From the NCBI GenBank assembly GCA_016906335.1, contig JADEYG010000009.1, positions 558,001 through 622,000 of the forward strand: a stretch of DNA of 64,000 nt, given 5' to 3'. Within the stretch, counting starts at the first letter, position 1, and each line of letters starts with the position of its first letter. Positions 28,633-42,597 of this stretch are shown in pieces. Below the pieces are notes generated by a model. That model searched no databases. It was given only the letters and a program-made list of their open reading frames with translations, and was not told where the DNA came from. The position numbers were made by a program, and so were the translations under genes. This stretch comes from Novakomyces olei. Its lineage: Eukaryota.

Positions 28633-30441
28633 ATGTTCCAGCGATCAGGAATATACACACTGAGCTTTTTGGCCTTTGTGGTGGTGGGAGTGTACATTAC
28701 ATTATTCTCAGGCGGCCGTACGCGGCCGGAAAAGCCTAAAGCCGACAATGCCGGCTCTTTCCCCTTATTTTGGGAGGAATACGAAAAGTAAGTGCCGGCA
28801 GTGATAGCGCAACACAACGCGGCAGACAAGAAGCTGAAAGGGGAGAAAATAAAAACTCAAAAACGAAGCAGAGTCAATCGTTTGCTGTACAATTGTAGCA
28901 AATAAACAAGAATAAAAAAAGAATTAAAAAGAATAAAAAAGAATTAAACGCAAATAATCGATCTATTGATCGAATGAAATCAATACTAACTCGCCAGCAA
29001 CGCGGTAGAATTCCCCAGAATCCTTAACGCAGACACGCAAAAGTACCAGTCTCGCTTGGCAAAATGCGCCGGTCCTCAAGGCGCGCCCTTTGCAGACGTG
29101 GAGTACTATACGCAAACGCCTCAAGACCATCCTGACCCAGTTCTGGGGTCTTATACCCATCTCCCCGGAGACTGTCTTTCCTATGCGCAAAGGTACGCGC
29201 CTTATCGCGACGTGAATTTCACGAATGCCTTTGACTGGGGCTCTGCACAAAGGTCGTGTGGCAACGCTACTATGGGAAAACAGGCTCTTGTACTACGGCA
29301 CTATGAAGGCCTTGTATTGAAACGGGATGATTTGCTGAACATTGCTGCTCTAGTGACTGAGCTGAACCTCAATACTGGCGGCCAAATCGACGTCCATATA
29401 CTATTCGAAGCCAAAGAGGGCGCAGTACTCGTTTCCGAGGCAGAACGACAACGCAAATTAGACCAATTCATCCCCGCCGGGCTTCAGTCTATGACGACAG
29501 TCTGGACGGAAGCTTTGATGCGTGCCCTCTTCCCCGGTCTGGGTCCTTCACAGAGCGAACTGCCGCCTACGGGGAGGTACCGTGGATGCTTTCTTCCGCT
29601 CGAGTACTTTGCCCTACTGTACCCAGAATACGAGTACTATTACAACTGGGAGATGGATGTCCGGTACATTGGAAATTATTACGCTCTTTTCCAGCAAATG
29701 GACGCGTACGCCAAAGCAGCTTCAACTCAAATCAGTTCCAGGTACCTTGTGTATAATGAGGGAGAGGAGGGAGAGAAGCCTGGAGAAGAAACGCAAAACG
29801 AAGCAGGAAAACAAGCAGGGGCACAAGCGGCCGACGAATCAGGCACTGACGGCAGTGACAAGGAGAGAAGGACACGCAAAGCCAATCTCCTTGGCAGGGA
29901 ATCTGCAAGCAATAGCTCTGAATCTGAGCAGCCGGCAAAACGGCAAGACGAGGGCGTTGGCACTCCAGCAGATCTGATAGTGTTCACTCCAATCATCGAC
30001 GCGGCCCAATCCGATTGGGTTTGGCGTAATGATTTATACAATTTCAAAGCGGGCCTGGAGACACCTCACCGTCTAGCAATCGGGGCTACTTCAAGGATTT
30101 CCCATCGCTTAATCAGGGAGATGGTGGCACGGCACACGGTGCAAAAGCAGTTTATGTTTTGTGAAATGTGGCCGGCCTCTGTTGCTTACTTGTCGGGCAT
30201 GAAAGCAGTCGCTCTGCCTCACCCCATTTACTCGAGTAAAATATGGGACGCAAGCGTGCTGGATGACAAGGTAAACGATGTCGGGTTCTTTAAGGAGGAG
30301 AGTCGAATGCGTTCAATGACTTGGTACTTTAATGCCCGGTTTGCAAAGACGCTGTACCGCGAATGGCGAAAAGCGGGTAATTCTACCTGCCGTCGATCTG
30401 TGCTTTTGCACCCTGTCAAAGTGGAAGACGATCCAGAGTAG
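28633..30441 (+). CDS. DUF3405-like type II membrane protein; intron about 28788-28997
   Basis: N-terminal TM exon, then YYNWEMDVRYIG, ADLIVFTPI, FCEMWPASVA and LLHPVK motifs. Confidence 0.75.
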
Positions 30442-30552
30442 TGTACATATGGACATAGAATAGGGACATTTAGCTTTTATTAATTTATTAATTTATTCAC
30501 TAATTTACTAATTGTTAATTTACTAATTTATTAATTGTCTAGTATTATGCTT

Positions 30553-30800
30553 AATTCATAATATTCATAATATTCATAATGAATATTCATAATATTCATA
30601 ATATTCATAATATTCATAATATTCATAATATTCATAATATTCATAATATTCATAATATTCATTATATTCATAATATTCATAATATTCATAATATCCATAA
30701 TATTCATAATATTCATTATATTCATAATATTCATAATATTCATAATATTCATAATATTCATTATATTCATTATATTCATAATATTCATAATATTTATAAT
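30553..30800. repeat. 9-bp minisatellite (ATTCATAAT)n
   Basis: More than 25 near-perfect copies; source of the poly-NIH/NIM ORFs. Confidence 0.95.
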
Positions 30801-30881
30801 ATTATTTATATAAATATTTATTTATATATAAATATTTATTTAATATTAACGTTGTAATGATAAAGACCACACAGCATTGCT

Positions 30882-31355
30882 ATGGTGGAATGGCAGCTGG
30901 TGCCGGTCACACGCGATCTGCTACCAGTTGTGCGCCAGCTTCACCTCGTCCTATTCCCCGTCGCTTACAGTACTGCATATTTTAATTACACGGTGAACAA
31001 CGACTGCTGCCGTTTATTACGAAGCGGGTCAGCAAAGCCTCCACAGTATATTGGCGTAGTAGTGTCCCGCGTGGAGGACACGGGCCGCCTTTATATTATG
31101 ACGCTTGGGGTTTTAGCGCCCTTCCGCTCAGCCGGACTAGGCTCGCAGCTATTGCAGTTTACAGAGCAAACTGCAGTTGCACAGCATTGCGAGCTCGTTT
31201 ATTTGCACGTGCAAGAGAGCAATGAGGCCGCGGTTGAATGGTACTGCAAACGGGGATTTGAGATCGCTGAGCGAATTGATCACTATTACCGCAAAATCAG
31301 GCCTGACTGCGCTCTGCTTCTTGTCAAGCAGGTCGCGCAAGTAAATTTAGCATAA
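30882..31355 (+). CDS. NAT5: GNAT N-terminal acetyltransferase, Naa50/Nat5-like
   Basis: LFPVAYS, LYIMTLGVLAPFRSAGLGS, YLHVQESNEAA, HYYRKI motifs. Confidence 0.85.
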   Translation: MVEWQLVPVTRDLLPVVRQLHLVLFPVAYSTAYFNYTVNNDCCRLLRSGSAKPPQYIGVVVSRVEDTGRLYIMTLGVLAPFRSAGLGSQLLQFTEQTAVAQHCELVYLHVQESNEAAVEWYCKRGFEIAERIDHYYRKIRPDCALLLVKQVAQVNLA

Positions 31356-31811
31356 TGTGTATATAGGATTGCATGTGATTTAGAGAAATGTCGGCGTGTA
31401 CATTTTTTTTTTCAAGGGTAAACTGCTCAAAGGCTCAACTTGTTTATATTTTGGCTTTTTATTCGCATTGACTACTGCAATGAAGACTACGGAAGTGGTA
31501 GAGTCCGCGCGAGTAATGGACGCGAGTAGTGGATAGGGTGGATTGCGTCTACTACAAGCATAACGACCCCAGACAAAAGAGAATGTATTGTGCTCGCAAA
31601 TCGTTCTCCAGGTTTACAACGATTTGGGGATTAGCTTCTCTTTTTACCATCCTGTACAAAAAAATGCAAATAAAATAATTAATTTACTCTTTATTAATTG
31701 TTGTAGTGTGAGCGCATTCATCGTTCGCGACTCTGATATTAGCCCGTTTAAAGTATAGTAATACTAAATTATCGAATTTTCCTTTTGCCTCCTCACGCAA
31801 CCCTTCTCGAA

Positions 31812-32701
31812 CTACGACCTTGGAGGTGCGAACCCGGCTGGCGGTGTGGGGAACGTTTGGGTCGTGAATCCAGCCGGAGGCACACCAAATCCCGCTGGTC
31901 CTACACCTCGAACAGGACCTGCCAAACCTACAATCAAATTAGCCATCAAGCTTATACGCTTATAATTGAGCGGAAGTAAAAAGACCGCAAAAAAGATTAG
32001 TGGAAATAGAGATTTGTTATCTTAATAATCAGATTTATTTATTTGTTTTTTATTTTTTTTTCTCCTTTCTTTTTATTTTTTTTTTATTTAAATCAAGATG
32101 CACAACATACCCGGAGCAATTTGCGGCTGTCCGACAGGTACACCGCGACCCACAGGCCGAGCAACACCGGCGCCCGCCTTCATACCGCCCAGTCGCTGGC
32201 TTGGATCTAGTCGTTGTTAGTATTGCTTGGCTATACTCATCATTGCGTCCTTTCAATTTCTCATAAGAGCCATTGCAGCAGCAAGCAAAGAAAAAAAAAT
32301 GTATAATATAATTGCTCTGCTTACCTGCAGGCGGAGGTCCCTCAACGCTGAGAGAGACTATAAACTCGCCGCGCAAGACGGTAAGTCCAAGTGACCGTTT
32401 AACCTCAACATCGCCGGAGTCTGATACTGACAGACCCGCACGACCAGCACTCGCAGATTTACCGGCTTTGCGCTGGATTCGGCGGTACTCTTCACAGTCT
32501 GCCAACACCATATTCATATGTTTGTCTAAAGTTAGCGGCGCGTCGCCCATTTTTAACTCTACCAAAAGCGATCATCTGTCCTACAAACTGCCGCGAGTCG
32601 GCGACCGTCACACGCAGCCGGTAGTTTACCAAGTTTATCTAGAGTTAGCCGAGTTCAATGAAGAAAAGTACCATTTTACTATTGCCGCGGGAAGACGCCA
32701 T
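31812..32701 (-). CDS. SMB1: snRNP core protein SmB; multi-exon
   Basis: [37 protein letters not shown]...[22 protein letters not shown] and a Gly/Pro-rich tail LAGPVRGVG. Confidence 0.93.
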
Positions 32702-32877
32702 TGCGTCGATTGCAGCAGCGGTAAATTGATGGATTCGAGTGGTTTGCAGTATTGTATTTATTGTATATTTACTGCAAAATATTAATTGCGTACAAGTGCA
32801 TTTGATACAGCGCAATAGTATAAAACGAATAATAATTTCGTTATATATGATTATAGTGTGTATAAGGCACGAAATTC

Positions 32878-32983
32878 TAAAATAATTCGAAATATATTCG
32901 AGAGTAATTCGAAATTATACTCGAAATTATATTCGAAAATATACTCGAAAATAATTCGAAAATAATTCGAAAATAATTCGAGA
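32878..32983. repeat. Approx. 11-bp degenerate repeat (ATAATTCGAAA)n in the SMB1/SWS2 divergent promoter
   Basis: About nine TCGAA/TCGAG-cored units ending near the SWS2 ATG. Confidence 0.85.
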
Positions 32984-33000
32984 ATCTACAAGGAGGCACC

Positions 33001-33514
33001 ATGGTCCAGCTGATGGGCTTGAATATTCCGGACGGAAAGGCCGTTCGCATCGCTCTTACAAGCGTCTATGGAATTGGGCCTAATGTAGCACAGCGCATTT
33101 GTGCCGAACTCTCCTTCCACAATACCCTTCGCGTACAAGATCTGACAGAGTCGCAGTTGTCGGATTTGGCATTGAAACTATCGACCGAGAAAATCATGAA
33201 TGAAAAGGCGCGCGAGGTGCGGAACAATATCCAACGATTACGTGACATTGGGTCTTATCGTGGACGACGCCACGCTATGCAGTAAGATCAATGCTTTACT
33301 ACTCGAATGACTAACAATGTAAAGTCTTCCAGTGAGGGGTCAAAATACACGGACACATGCGAATACGGCTAAACGGCTTAATCGGCTCGATCGACGAGGC
33401 TTTGCCACGGTGACTGCAAGAGCCACAGTACCCGTGAGCAATGCTCCAAGGCATCTGGGAATTTTTGCCCGCTCCTTGTCACTGTCTTGCCGACTTGCTC
33501 GGCTTGCCCTATAG
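33001..33514 (+). CDS. SWS2: Mitochondrial ribosomal protein uS13m; intron 33282-33324
   Basis: IALTSVYGIG, IGSYRGRRHAM|HLPVRGQNTRTHANTAKRLN. Confidence 0.92.
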
Positions 33515-34113
33515 CAGCACTCGAGACTCAGCTGGTATAGTCAACTTTTTGATACAACTCGCTATTTCGAGTCGGCTGTTTTGCCGTTTGCGTCGCTTAC
33601 AGTCCTGTATGATTCAAGGCGTGCTTGAGGGATGGATAGATATAGCTGTGTGTTTTCCCTGGATGCCAATATTCATGTCTGCCTTACATCGGCTCTACTA
33701 CGCTCCTCTGGTAGGCTTTAATATGTAGTAAAACCATCTACTAGTTCAGTTTTATTTGTCAAGGTTCTACTGTTCAAGGTTCTACTCAACTTTTTACCAA
33801 TTTCCTAACCTTTGGACAACGCTATGGCTTAAGACGTAAATATAAATAAATATAAATGTAAATATAAATTTAATAATAATATGCCTATAACGAGCTATAT
33901 AATCATGGTTGACCAGTTATTTACAAACCAAATAGCTTATATTTGCACATTTTACATTATACGTATACTCTGAATGTAGGGTTAATTAACCGTACGCTAA
34001 ACCATTATCGGCTCCGAAATCGTAAACGTGCGGCAGATCTGGCATACTAAAATAGAAAATAATAAACGAGGAATAAAAATAAAACAAGCCAATTAGTTCC
34101 CTGCAAAGCGGCA

Positions 34114-34785
34114 ATGGCGGACAACGAGCGTTTAAACGTGACCTACAATCAGATCCATAGAGTGTGCGAGGAGACGGCCAAAAAAATCTACGATGAGTTC
34201 AAGCCTGATCTTATGATCGCGATTGGAGGTATTGATTTTCTAAATTAAGCATTGTGCAAGAGCATTTACTCAACACAACTAGGCGGCGGCTTTATTCCAG
34301 CCAGAATACTACGTACATTCTTGAAGAAACCTGGGAGCAAGAACATCCCTATACAAGCGATCGGTCTGAGCCTTTATGAAGATTTGCCTGCAAAGGCCAC
34401 TACACACGAGCCTGAGGAGGAAACGCCAGGGACGGAGGTTAAACGCACCCAATGGCTCGATTTTTCCACCCTGGGGACTCAGGATTTGATCGGGAAACGC
34501 GTACTTATCGTCGACGAGGTCGATGATACGCGGACAACTCTTCATTATGCTGTTCGCGAACTTGCCAAGGATGCAGCAAAGTCAGCGGCCGCGGCTGGGC
34601 GCAATGAAGAGACACAGTTTGCCATCTTTGTTGTGCACAACAAGGACAAGAAAAAAAATGCAGAGTTGCCCGATAGTATTATGAAGACGGGGCGCTATTT
34701 TGCCGGTGTCACCACGGGCGACCAGTGGATCAATTATCCGTGGGAACAGCCTTATGAAGCTCTAGCTAAACTGGAGAACAAGTAG
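34114..34785 (+). CDS. XPT1: Xanthine/hypoxanthine phosphoribosyltransferase; one intron
   Basis: TYNQIH, DLMIAIGG|GGFIPARILR, VLIVDEVDDTRTTL PRPP motif, WINYPWE. Confidence 0.9.
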
Positions 34786-35329
34786 CTTGGTACCGTGAGG
34801 CTTGTGCGGAGTACACAACGGTATCATAACGCCACACTATTTATTTCATATTAAAATAAGATTGCTTTACTCTGTAAATCAATCATCGCATTGTATTTTG
34901 GTATCTGAAGAACCTGACACTTCTTTCATAGATCTGATCACGTGCTTTTGAATGTTTAGGCTTTTATGCTCCCTCGGGGGTTAGCTCGCTCATATAGATT
35001 AGGGTTATCGTGCCTTTATAGGCAATGTGCACCCAAGTGTACACGCCACCCGCGAAAAAGCAAAGAGCCTGCATTGTACGCCTGATTTGTGGCAAACCGA
35101 CTTGCTCATAAAACAACATTCTGTGAAGAATAAAGCCAGCTGTTGGGCAATTGTGCAATCATGGCTAGAGTCCTTCAGGCTATGCTAGCTTGTAATGCCG
35201 TGCGGAAAGACAAATAATTTTGATTCAACCCAGCGTTGCGTTTCATTATTAAAACATTGAATTATATTATAAGAAAGTGAAAAGACTTTTAGTATTATAA
35301 GAGCAAAATTAATCGGCCAAAAAACTGAC

Positions 35330-37537
35330 CTAGACTTCACCATTGTATGAATACCCTAGAGCAGTTAGTCCAGGCAGCGTTTTACCCGCTGCTGAAGGCG
35401 TGGCCGGGTCCCTCTCGGCCTTGATTTCAGGCTCTCCTACGCTTGATCGCCGTCTCGATTTAACGGGGTTTCCTCGACGCGTATCCTCAGGCTCAGAGAC
35501 TCGCTCTGCATCTCCTTGCTCGCTCATAGTCTGCTGAGACTCGAGATCATCGGCATTTTCTTGCCGCGACAAGCGCCTGCAGGCTCTTCGTAAGGATTGC
35601 AGTATAGCAGAGCATTCTTCTACGCCTTCTAACCCTGGCGCAGCTGCTTCAATATCGGAATCTTCATCCTGATTAAAATAGCGATATCGTTCCCACGCTA
35701 AAGGTTAGACGTTAAAACGCTGATATGTATAAATAAAGCGCGAAAAATTATAGAGACACATATATACATTATATTATATGTGTACAATTATGTATAATTG
35801 TATACATATACCAATAACTTGGTTAATTATTTTCAGTGTTCTGAGATAAACTGTGGTAAACGGAAATTCGCCATTACAATGAATAAAACTTGAAGAATCA
35901 AGAATTTACAGACAAAACAGTTTCTTCATACCTCGCTCAATAGAGTCAGTTCGAATCCGCTCGACGCGTGCAGCTTTCAAGTCTTTGTTGAAAGCTTTCT
36001 CTATTAATCTGTTGATGCGTTTTGCCCGGGTTTTATCTTCCTTTTTAGATTTGGCTTTAGGTTCGCGTTTAGGCGTTTCGCCTTCAGCCTCATCGTCTGA
36101 AGTATTATCGTAAAACATAGCATCAACGTTTAACTTTTTTCGTTTGCGTCCAGACTGTCGTACTATGAAATTAGTCATGCGATGATAAATTAATTATAAA
36201 TAAACACATTAAAATAAAGATAAAGGAAAAGGCAAAAGGAAGAGAATAGAGAATAAAAAAGACAAAACTACGTACAAGGTCGATATCGGCCGCCTGACTC
36301 TGGGGTAGCTTGATCGGCTTCTGGTCGTTGTGAACTCTCAAGACGATCCGGTAACGAGGTACGCAAGAAAAGTATACGCGCTTCATACATTTTGGCACCA
36401 TAGGCGAGCTCGTAATCGCTATCAGCATTTTCCATAGCTTCCACTTCTTCAGGAACAGGTTCCATCAACGGCACTTTCCTCGGATCTTTGGCGTCCGGAT
36501 CACCAAACGGATTCTGCCGGGCCTGTTCAATACTCAAATCCGTTTCTAGTAGGAGATAAAACAAAAACAAAAAAGCCCGTGATCGACTGGTTGAGCTATA
36601 GCCGGTGTTGGTAAAAATATCAAAGTATTCCTGACCCTGCGTGAAAAAGTCATACGAGACTTCAGCATTGGCTTGCTGGAGCAGAAAACTTAGGCCCATT
36701 GCATTCGTAGCGTGCTTTTTACCACCTTTTATTTGTGCAATAAGCGCAGTATAAGACGATGGAAACCCGGATCTTTCTTCATGAATCGATTTCAACATCG
36801 CTTTAAGTCGAGGTGCGTCTTGTAACTGTTTGACCCCAACTTCACCATAAGCTTGCAAAGCCGGGATTGAATGGAAGACACGTGTCTGTGTGGGAGTAAA
36901 CACTAATGTAGTGTTGATTTTCCCTACATTAACAAGCAGGGCAATTTTTGAAACATTCAATGCCATATTGCTGTCGGATAGCATACGCTCTTTAAGACTC
37001 TTGGGGGTTTTGCTCGACTCCAGCAGGTAACGCATATACATGTCGCAAAACGACAGTTTAACAGGCGGATCAGAGTTTGCATACGTGAATGCCGGTACAT
37101 CATTGCTAAATATATGGCCGAGCAGCGTGAGCTGGACATCTGTGCGAAACAAGGGCTCTCCGTCCTTTTTCTTGACAATAATTGTCCGTGTGGATACGGG
37201 TCTTTTTGTTAGCAAATTGATTTGATTGGCAATTAATTATTATTGGATCTTTTCCCAGTTGCAGCCGCACGGTGCTTGGCTACACGGTGCTTACAAACAA
37301 ACCCAAACTGATTCAAAAGCAAATAGTGTAAAACAAGTATAGTCAAGCCATATCAAGAGCAAAGTACAGCAAATATAAAGCCGGTAAAGAATCAAACCAG
37401 TATCGCGTGTCTTACACTTGCTCAGCCTGAGACTGAGGCGCCACTTCGTCTTCCATTTCAACGTCGGCCATTTCGTTATCTCTGGCGGTGCTGCGGACGA
37501 ACTTGGATCCGACTTTTCGATCGGGCGCGACGGTCAT
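35330..37537 (-). CDS. IES1: INO80 complex subunit Ies1; multi-exon
   Basis: KKKDGEPLFRTDVQ, LVNVGKINTTL, HSIPALQ, KQLQDAPRLKAMLK, SRSRAFLFL, NPFG; terminal exons approximate. Confidence 0.85.
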
Positions 37538-37902
37538 TGACAGGAAGGACGAGCGAGGATGGAGAGGCCGTGTACGATTACAACTGCAGCATCACCGCCA
37601 CAATGCCGTAAAAGTCCTGTCTTTCTAGCGGAGTCTAGAATTAGCTTCAGGCCCAGTTTAATTTTGACGGAAGCTTACAGTCACGGGTGTATGAGTGCTT
37701 TACCGCTCTCGCATTGATATTATAACTTGCTCTCAGATCAGAATGGGAGATTGCAACTAAATATACGCAAATACGTGACAGAAATCAAGTAGAATCGCTC
37801 CAATCGTTTTATAATTCTTTTATGTGTTAACCCTGTGACCCTGTGTCCTTGTATATTCATGCTTTTATTTTATTATTATTATTATTATTATCAAACCTGT
37901 CG

Positions 37903-38835
37903 ATGGTGCCGACACTGACCGATCCAAATGCAGCCAGAATAGAGGACGATGAGGACAACGAGGACAACGGCCTCGAATTTTTCAATGACTCGCTGTTTAA
38001 TTTGTTCAATCACGGTACGTAGAATACCGACGTTTATTTTTATTTTATATTTTAGCTTATTCACTGGCTCATTATCGAGTCGACTCTACCTTCCTTGCTT
38101 GCCTTGTTTCTAACCACGTCAGTCACTGTCTCCCACGGAGAGCCCGGCGGGGTCTTTCCCTATACCTGTGGGCAGGGTACGTTTAACGTAAAAATTCCAC
38201 ACGCCGAAACGTGGTCAGAGTCGCGGCTGTATGCGCAGTATGTGTGGAACGCGAGTATAGTGGCGGCCAAAGCAATTGAGGACAGTGAGATTAGAGTGAA
38301 ATCAGAGACTGTGCTTGAGCTTGGTGCAGGCGCCGGACTGCCGAGTATGGTGGCGGCCTTACAGGGCGCTGAGCGAGTAGATATGACGGATTACCCTGCG
38401 CCTGGATTTTTACGGGCGATGGAGTACAATCGAGAACTGCTGCCTCCAGAATCAAGAGCCCGGCTTTATTGCAGCGGCTACGCTTGGGGGACCGAGGCAG
38501 AGGGTTTACTCAGTGGCTATAGTGTAATAATTGCGTGCGATACACTCTGGATGTCGGAGAGTCATGGCCCATTACTGCAGACAATACGATCCAGGTCCAT
38601 TGCTGGCAAGACTAGTGTATTTATTATTGCTGGTCTGCATACGGGGCGCCATTGTGTGGCAAGGTTCTTTGCTGCTGCTGCCGCCGCTGGACTCTTGCCT
38701 GTCAGAGATATCGTGGAACAGCATCATAATGGCACAAAACGGCAATTTGTTGCGGATCGCGGCGTTGAAGATCTTTCCGAGCGGAATAGATGGCTGATTA
38801 TTGCGCAAATGCAATGGAGAAATGAACAACAATAA
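37903..38835 (+). CDS. Class I protein methyltransferase, Efm7/Nnt1-like; one intron
   Basis: YAQYVWNAS, VLELGAGAGLPS, MTDYP, YAWG, IACDTLW, AGLHTGR. Confidence 0.8.
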
Positions 38836-39051
38836 TACGAATCTGACGGTAATAAGAAACAAAAGCGATAATGATAAAATTAAGATGGATTCGACAATTC
38901 AGAGCAGCATGATTCCCGATACTGTACAAACATGAGTTTCATAGTGGCCAGCAGAAAATTCAAAAGATTGATTTATAAGCCTTTGATATTATCTTCATAA
39001 TCTATATATACCCGTCGAGGCATTTCCAGTCCACCTCTAACGCCACACAAA

Positions 39052-41177
39052 TCATAATTTGTCTCCCAGCATCCGCGCAAGAGCTCGCACTATAGGATTC
39101 ACCCATCGTTCTGGCCTCTTAAACTCGCCGCTAGTAAGACGATACGTGTCTTGTACAAGATTCTTTTGCTCCTCGATTATTTGAGCCTTCAGATCGGGAT
39201 CCCACGTGACAAGGATAGAGTTTACTTCTAGATCAAGCGTTGTTGAACGCCGCGTGAAATTTGAAGAGCCGACAACCGTTAATGCCGGGTCATTCGGATC
39301 CGCAAAATCAATCCAAATTCCTGTTTGGTAAGTACGAGATAAAAGAAGGGCAAAACATGCTTATTGTGAACTACCTTTTGCATGATAAGTCCAGCCTCCT
39401 GGCCGATTCACAGTCCCATGGCGCCATTCGCGCAATATTACTTGCTCAGACTTGCCTCGTCGTTTGACATTACTGAAAAAGTCTTTTGCAAAAAGCGTGT
39501 AGGCCGCCGGTAACATGCCCGATGGGCCCTTTGACCCGTAAAAGCCATTTGCCTGAACGTTAGCAATAATGAATTAATATTGATAGATTTGAAAAGATAG
39601 AAAATTTTTTGTTTCTTTTTAATTAATTAATCAATTTGTTTTTCCCAAATTCATATCTACTATATAAAATATACTGAATGTAAATTTGGGAAAAACGATT
39701 GATTGTGTACGGATCATAAAAAGCAGCTTAATAGACAACATACCCATGGCGAAGCGGTTAAAACTGTACCCGGAGCCTTTGAACTCAACAACAATTCCGC
39801 ATACGTATGATGCATATTGAAATAGCCAGCAGTGAACATCCAGCTCTTGACTGCTTCCGTTGCGGATCCCAGCAATTGCAGAGTAGCACTTACGAGTGAA
39901 TACTCATTCGCTGATTGGTGAATGTCTGCGGTAAACATTGGGCTCAGTTGACTTGTCACGAATAAAAATGTCGATTTTTCATCTTCCACATCGTCAATCG
40001 GCAATTCCTCTGACGGAATTGTAAGGCCACGCAGATCAGCCCGACTTACAGCACGCTTGAACCCAAGGGGATCATGAACCGGGTGGGGGCAGCTACGTGT
40101 CTCTGGCCATACTAAGCGGAAATTCGTGCTGTTAAGTTTGGCAGGTATGCTCTGGGAGTCTTTTGGATCAAATTCATTCGAGGACTGGTGATTCGACTTT
40201 TTGTTTCCATCTAAAGCCGCGACTCTTGCAGTAGGCGCTACTGAGTTGCCGACTGCAGTCCCATCTCGAGCAATATCGGACTGATCACGTTCGATTTGCA
40301 CATTATCCTGTAGTACAAAAGAGTACCGTGACACGAAATCTTGTAGCGCGAAATAGTGATCAGCCACTCTCGCGTCTTGAACAGCATAATATCGGTCCTG
40401 CCGGTTTGTAAAATAATCGTTTGATAGATTCGCACCAGAAATAATCACAGTATCATCACATCCATAAATCTTCATATGCTGCAGTCCCCAACCCTCATTG
40501 AACCTTGCTGGAACTATACGCGCTTTCAACCCTGCCAGTGCCGGCGTATGATACATCCGCACACTTACACGATCTCCAAATGTGCGAATCAGAGGGCTCA
40601 GAAGGGAGGCACAGCACGGCTGAGGGGCCTCGCGACATCCACGCAAGGCGTCCACTAATATATGAACTTGTAAATGTGGCCGTTTCTCTAAAGCCGATTT
40701 TATTTCGTCCACCTTTGGTAAGTTAGTATCGAGTTTGTGAACAAGTGCTATTCCCTGCTTTTTTTTTTTTTTTTTTTTTTTTTTTGTTGGGCGAAAGCAC
40801 ACTCTTGTGTTGCAAAGTTTCGATCTATTGACCTTTTAAACAAAGAAAGCAAGCCAAAATATTAATGAAAAAAGAAAAATAATATTAAAAAAAACTGAAA
40901 GATTATATCGATCCAATGCCTCTCGTAGCGAAATGCATCATCGACTTACCAGCTCGTTTTCATTCCGGCCAATGTACAGCGTCGAAATGAATATCCTGTT
41001 ATTTGCAGCGCGAATACTTTCACGTAGACGTGTGTAAAACTGCTCTGGTTTGTAGATTACATTTATGCGGCCGCGTGCGACTAAGAATCCCGGAGCATTA
41101 AGCGAAAGACGCTGCAAATACTTTCCAAGTGTGACAGCGCTGTTCCCGCCGCGACGCGCGATACTAAGCTTGTTCAT
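39052..41177 (-). CDS. PGS1: Phosphatidylglycerophosphate synthase (PLD family); multi-exon
   Basis: RIFISTLYIG, LVDALRG, EGWGLQHMKIYGCDD...ISGANLSNDYFTNRQDRY, FTAGYFN, VGSSNFTRRSTTLDLE. Confidence 0.92.
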
Positions 41178-41295
41178 TCTATCATGCTGTCATTCAAATG
41201 CTGCATATATAAAAGAAAATAATAATTATAATAATAATTATAATAATAAAAGAACAAATGATATCACTAAGCGCAGCTCGAGAAGACTGCAGACC

Positions 41296-42597
41296 ATGAA
41301 AGTATTAGCAGGTGCAATTGCACTGGCAGCAGCAGCTGCTGCCCGGCAATTTCCGCTGTCGGCGCCTGGTACAGTAGACGGTCTTCTGCATCAGCTCATG
41401 CTGCGCCAAAGTCTCTCGTTCCACGAACAGCCGGCACTTGAGTATGTCGCCAATCTGTTGCAGGACATGAATTACACGGTACAGACCTTGCCATTGGGTA
41501 TGATTTTCAACATGAAAAGGGAAAAGACAAGCAAAGCTTTGATGAAAAAAAATCCATCAAACAGTTATGCTTTATCGCTCCTCCTTAACCCCGGCTTTTC
41601 TCATAAAATTTTTGATAGGATTTGAGTCATTAGGCACTCGACAATCACTCTTTTTAATGCTATTTGCTGACCAATTTTAGGTGATGGGAGATTCTCTATT
41701 TATGCGAGTATCGCTGATCCACGGGTTCTGGTGACGAGCCACTTGGACACAGTTCCACCGCATATTCCTTATCGTCGCGAAGGCAATGTTATCTATGGCC
41801 GCGGCGCTTGTGATGCCAAGGGCTCAGTGGCCGCTCAAATCCAAGCCGTTCGAGAGCTGATCAGCAATGGCCAGGTGAATCCGAGCGATATAGCTTTTGC
41901 TTACGTACCCGGCGAAGAAGTCGGCGGTGACGGTATGCGTCGACTAGCGGAGGCAAATGTGGGCGAGTGGGAAGCAGTATTATTTGCAGAACCAACAGAG
42001 CTGAAACTTGCCCGGGGTCACAAGGGAATAATGATGTTTACTCTACAAGTCAAAGGCAAAGCCAGTCATTCAGGGTATCCTCAGCTTGGAATTTCGGCCA
42101 CGGATGCTTTATTACAAGTACTCGGCTCACTCAAGCAGCTGGACTTGCCCGAGTCACGGACTCTCGGGCCGAGTACGCTAAACATTGCTATGCTTTCGGC
42201 CGGAGTGGCCCCGAATATCGTTCCGGCCAACGCAAGGGCTGAGATTAGTGTCCGTGTAGCCCGTGATCCGGGTAAAGTGCGCCGTCTCCTTGTTCAGGCC
42301 ATAGAATCGTACGACGGTCCCGCCAATGTAACGTACGAATTCAACCCTAATATTATCCCGAACCCGGTGCAGCTGGATACGGATATTCCGGGATTCGATA
42401 CGTCAGTGGAGGCTTACACTACTGATATTCCCAATTTGCCAGGTCCACATAAGCGGTACCTTTACGGGCCCGGTTCTATCCTCGTCGCGCATGGAGACAA
42501 TGAGCAAGTTACGGTGGATGAACTGCTTGAAGCAGTAAAGGGTAATAAAAAAATTTTGTTGCACTTACTTGCTCAGGAAAAGGCAGCTGAGCATTAG
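41296..42597 (+). CDS. Secreted M20 family peptidase / acetylornithine deacetylase-like; intron about 41498-41680
   Basis: Signal peptide MKVLAGAIALAAAAAA, TSHLDTVPP, GRGACDAKG, GEEVGG, EPT, GPGSILVAH. Confidence 0.88.
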
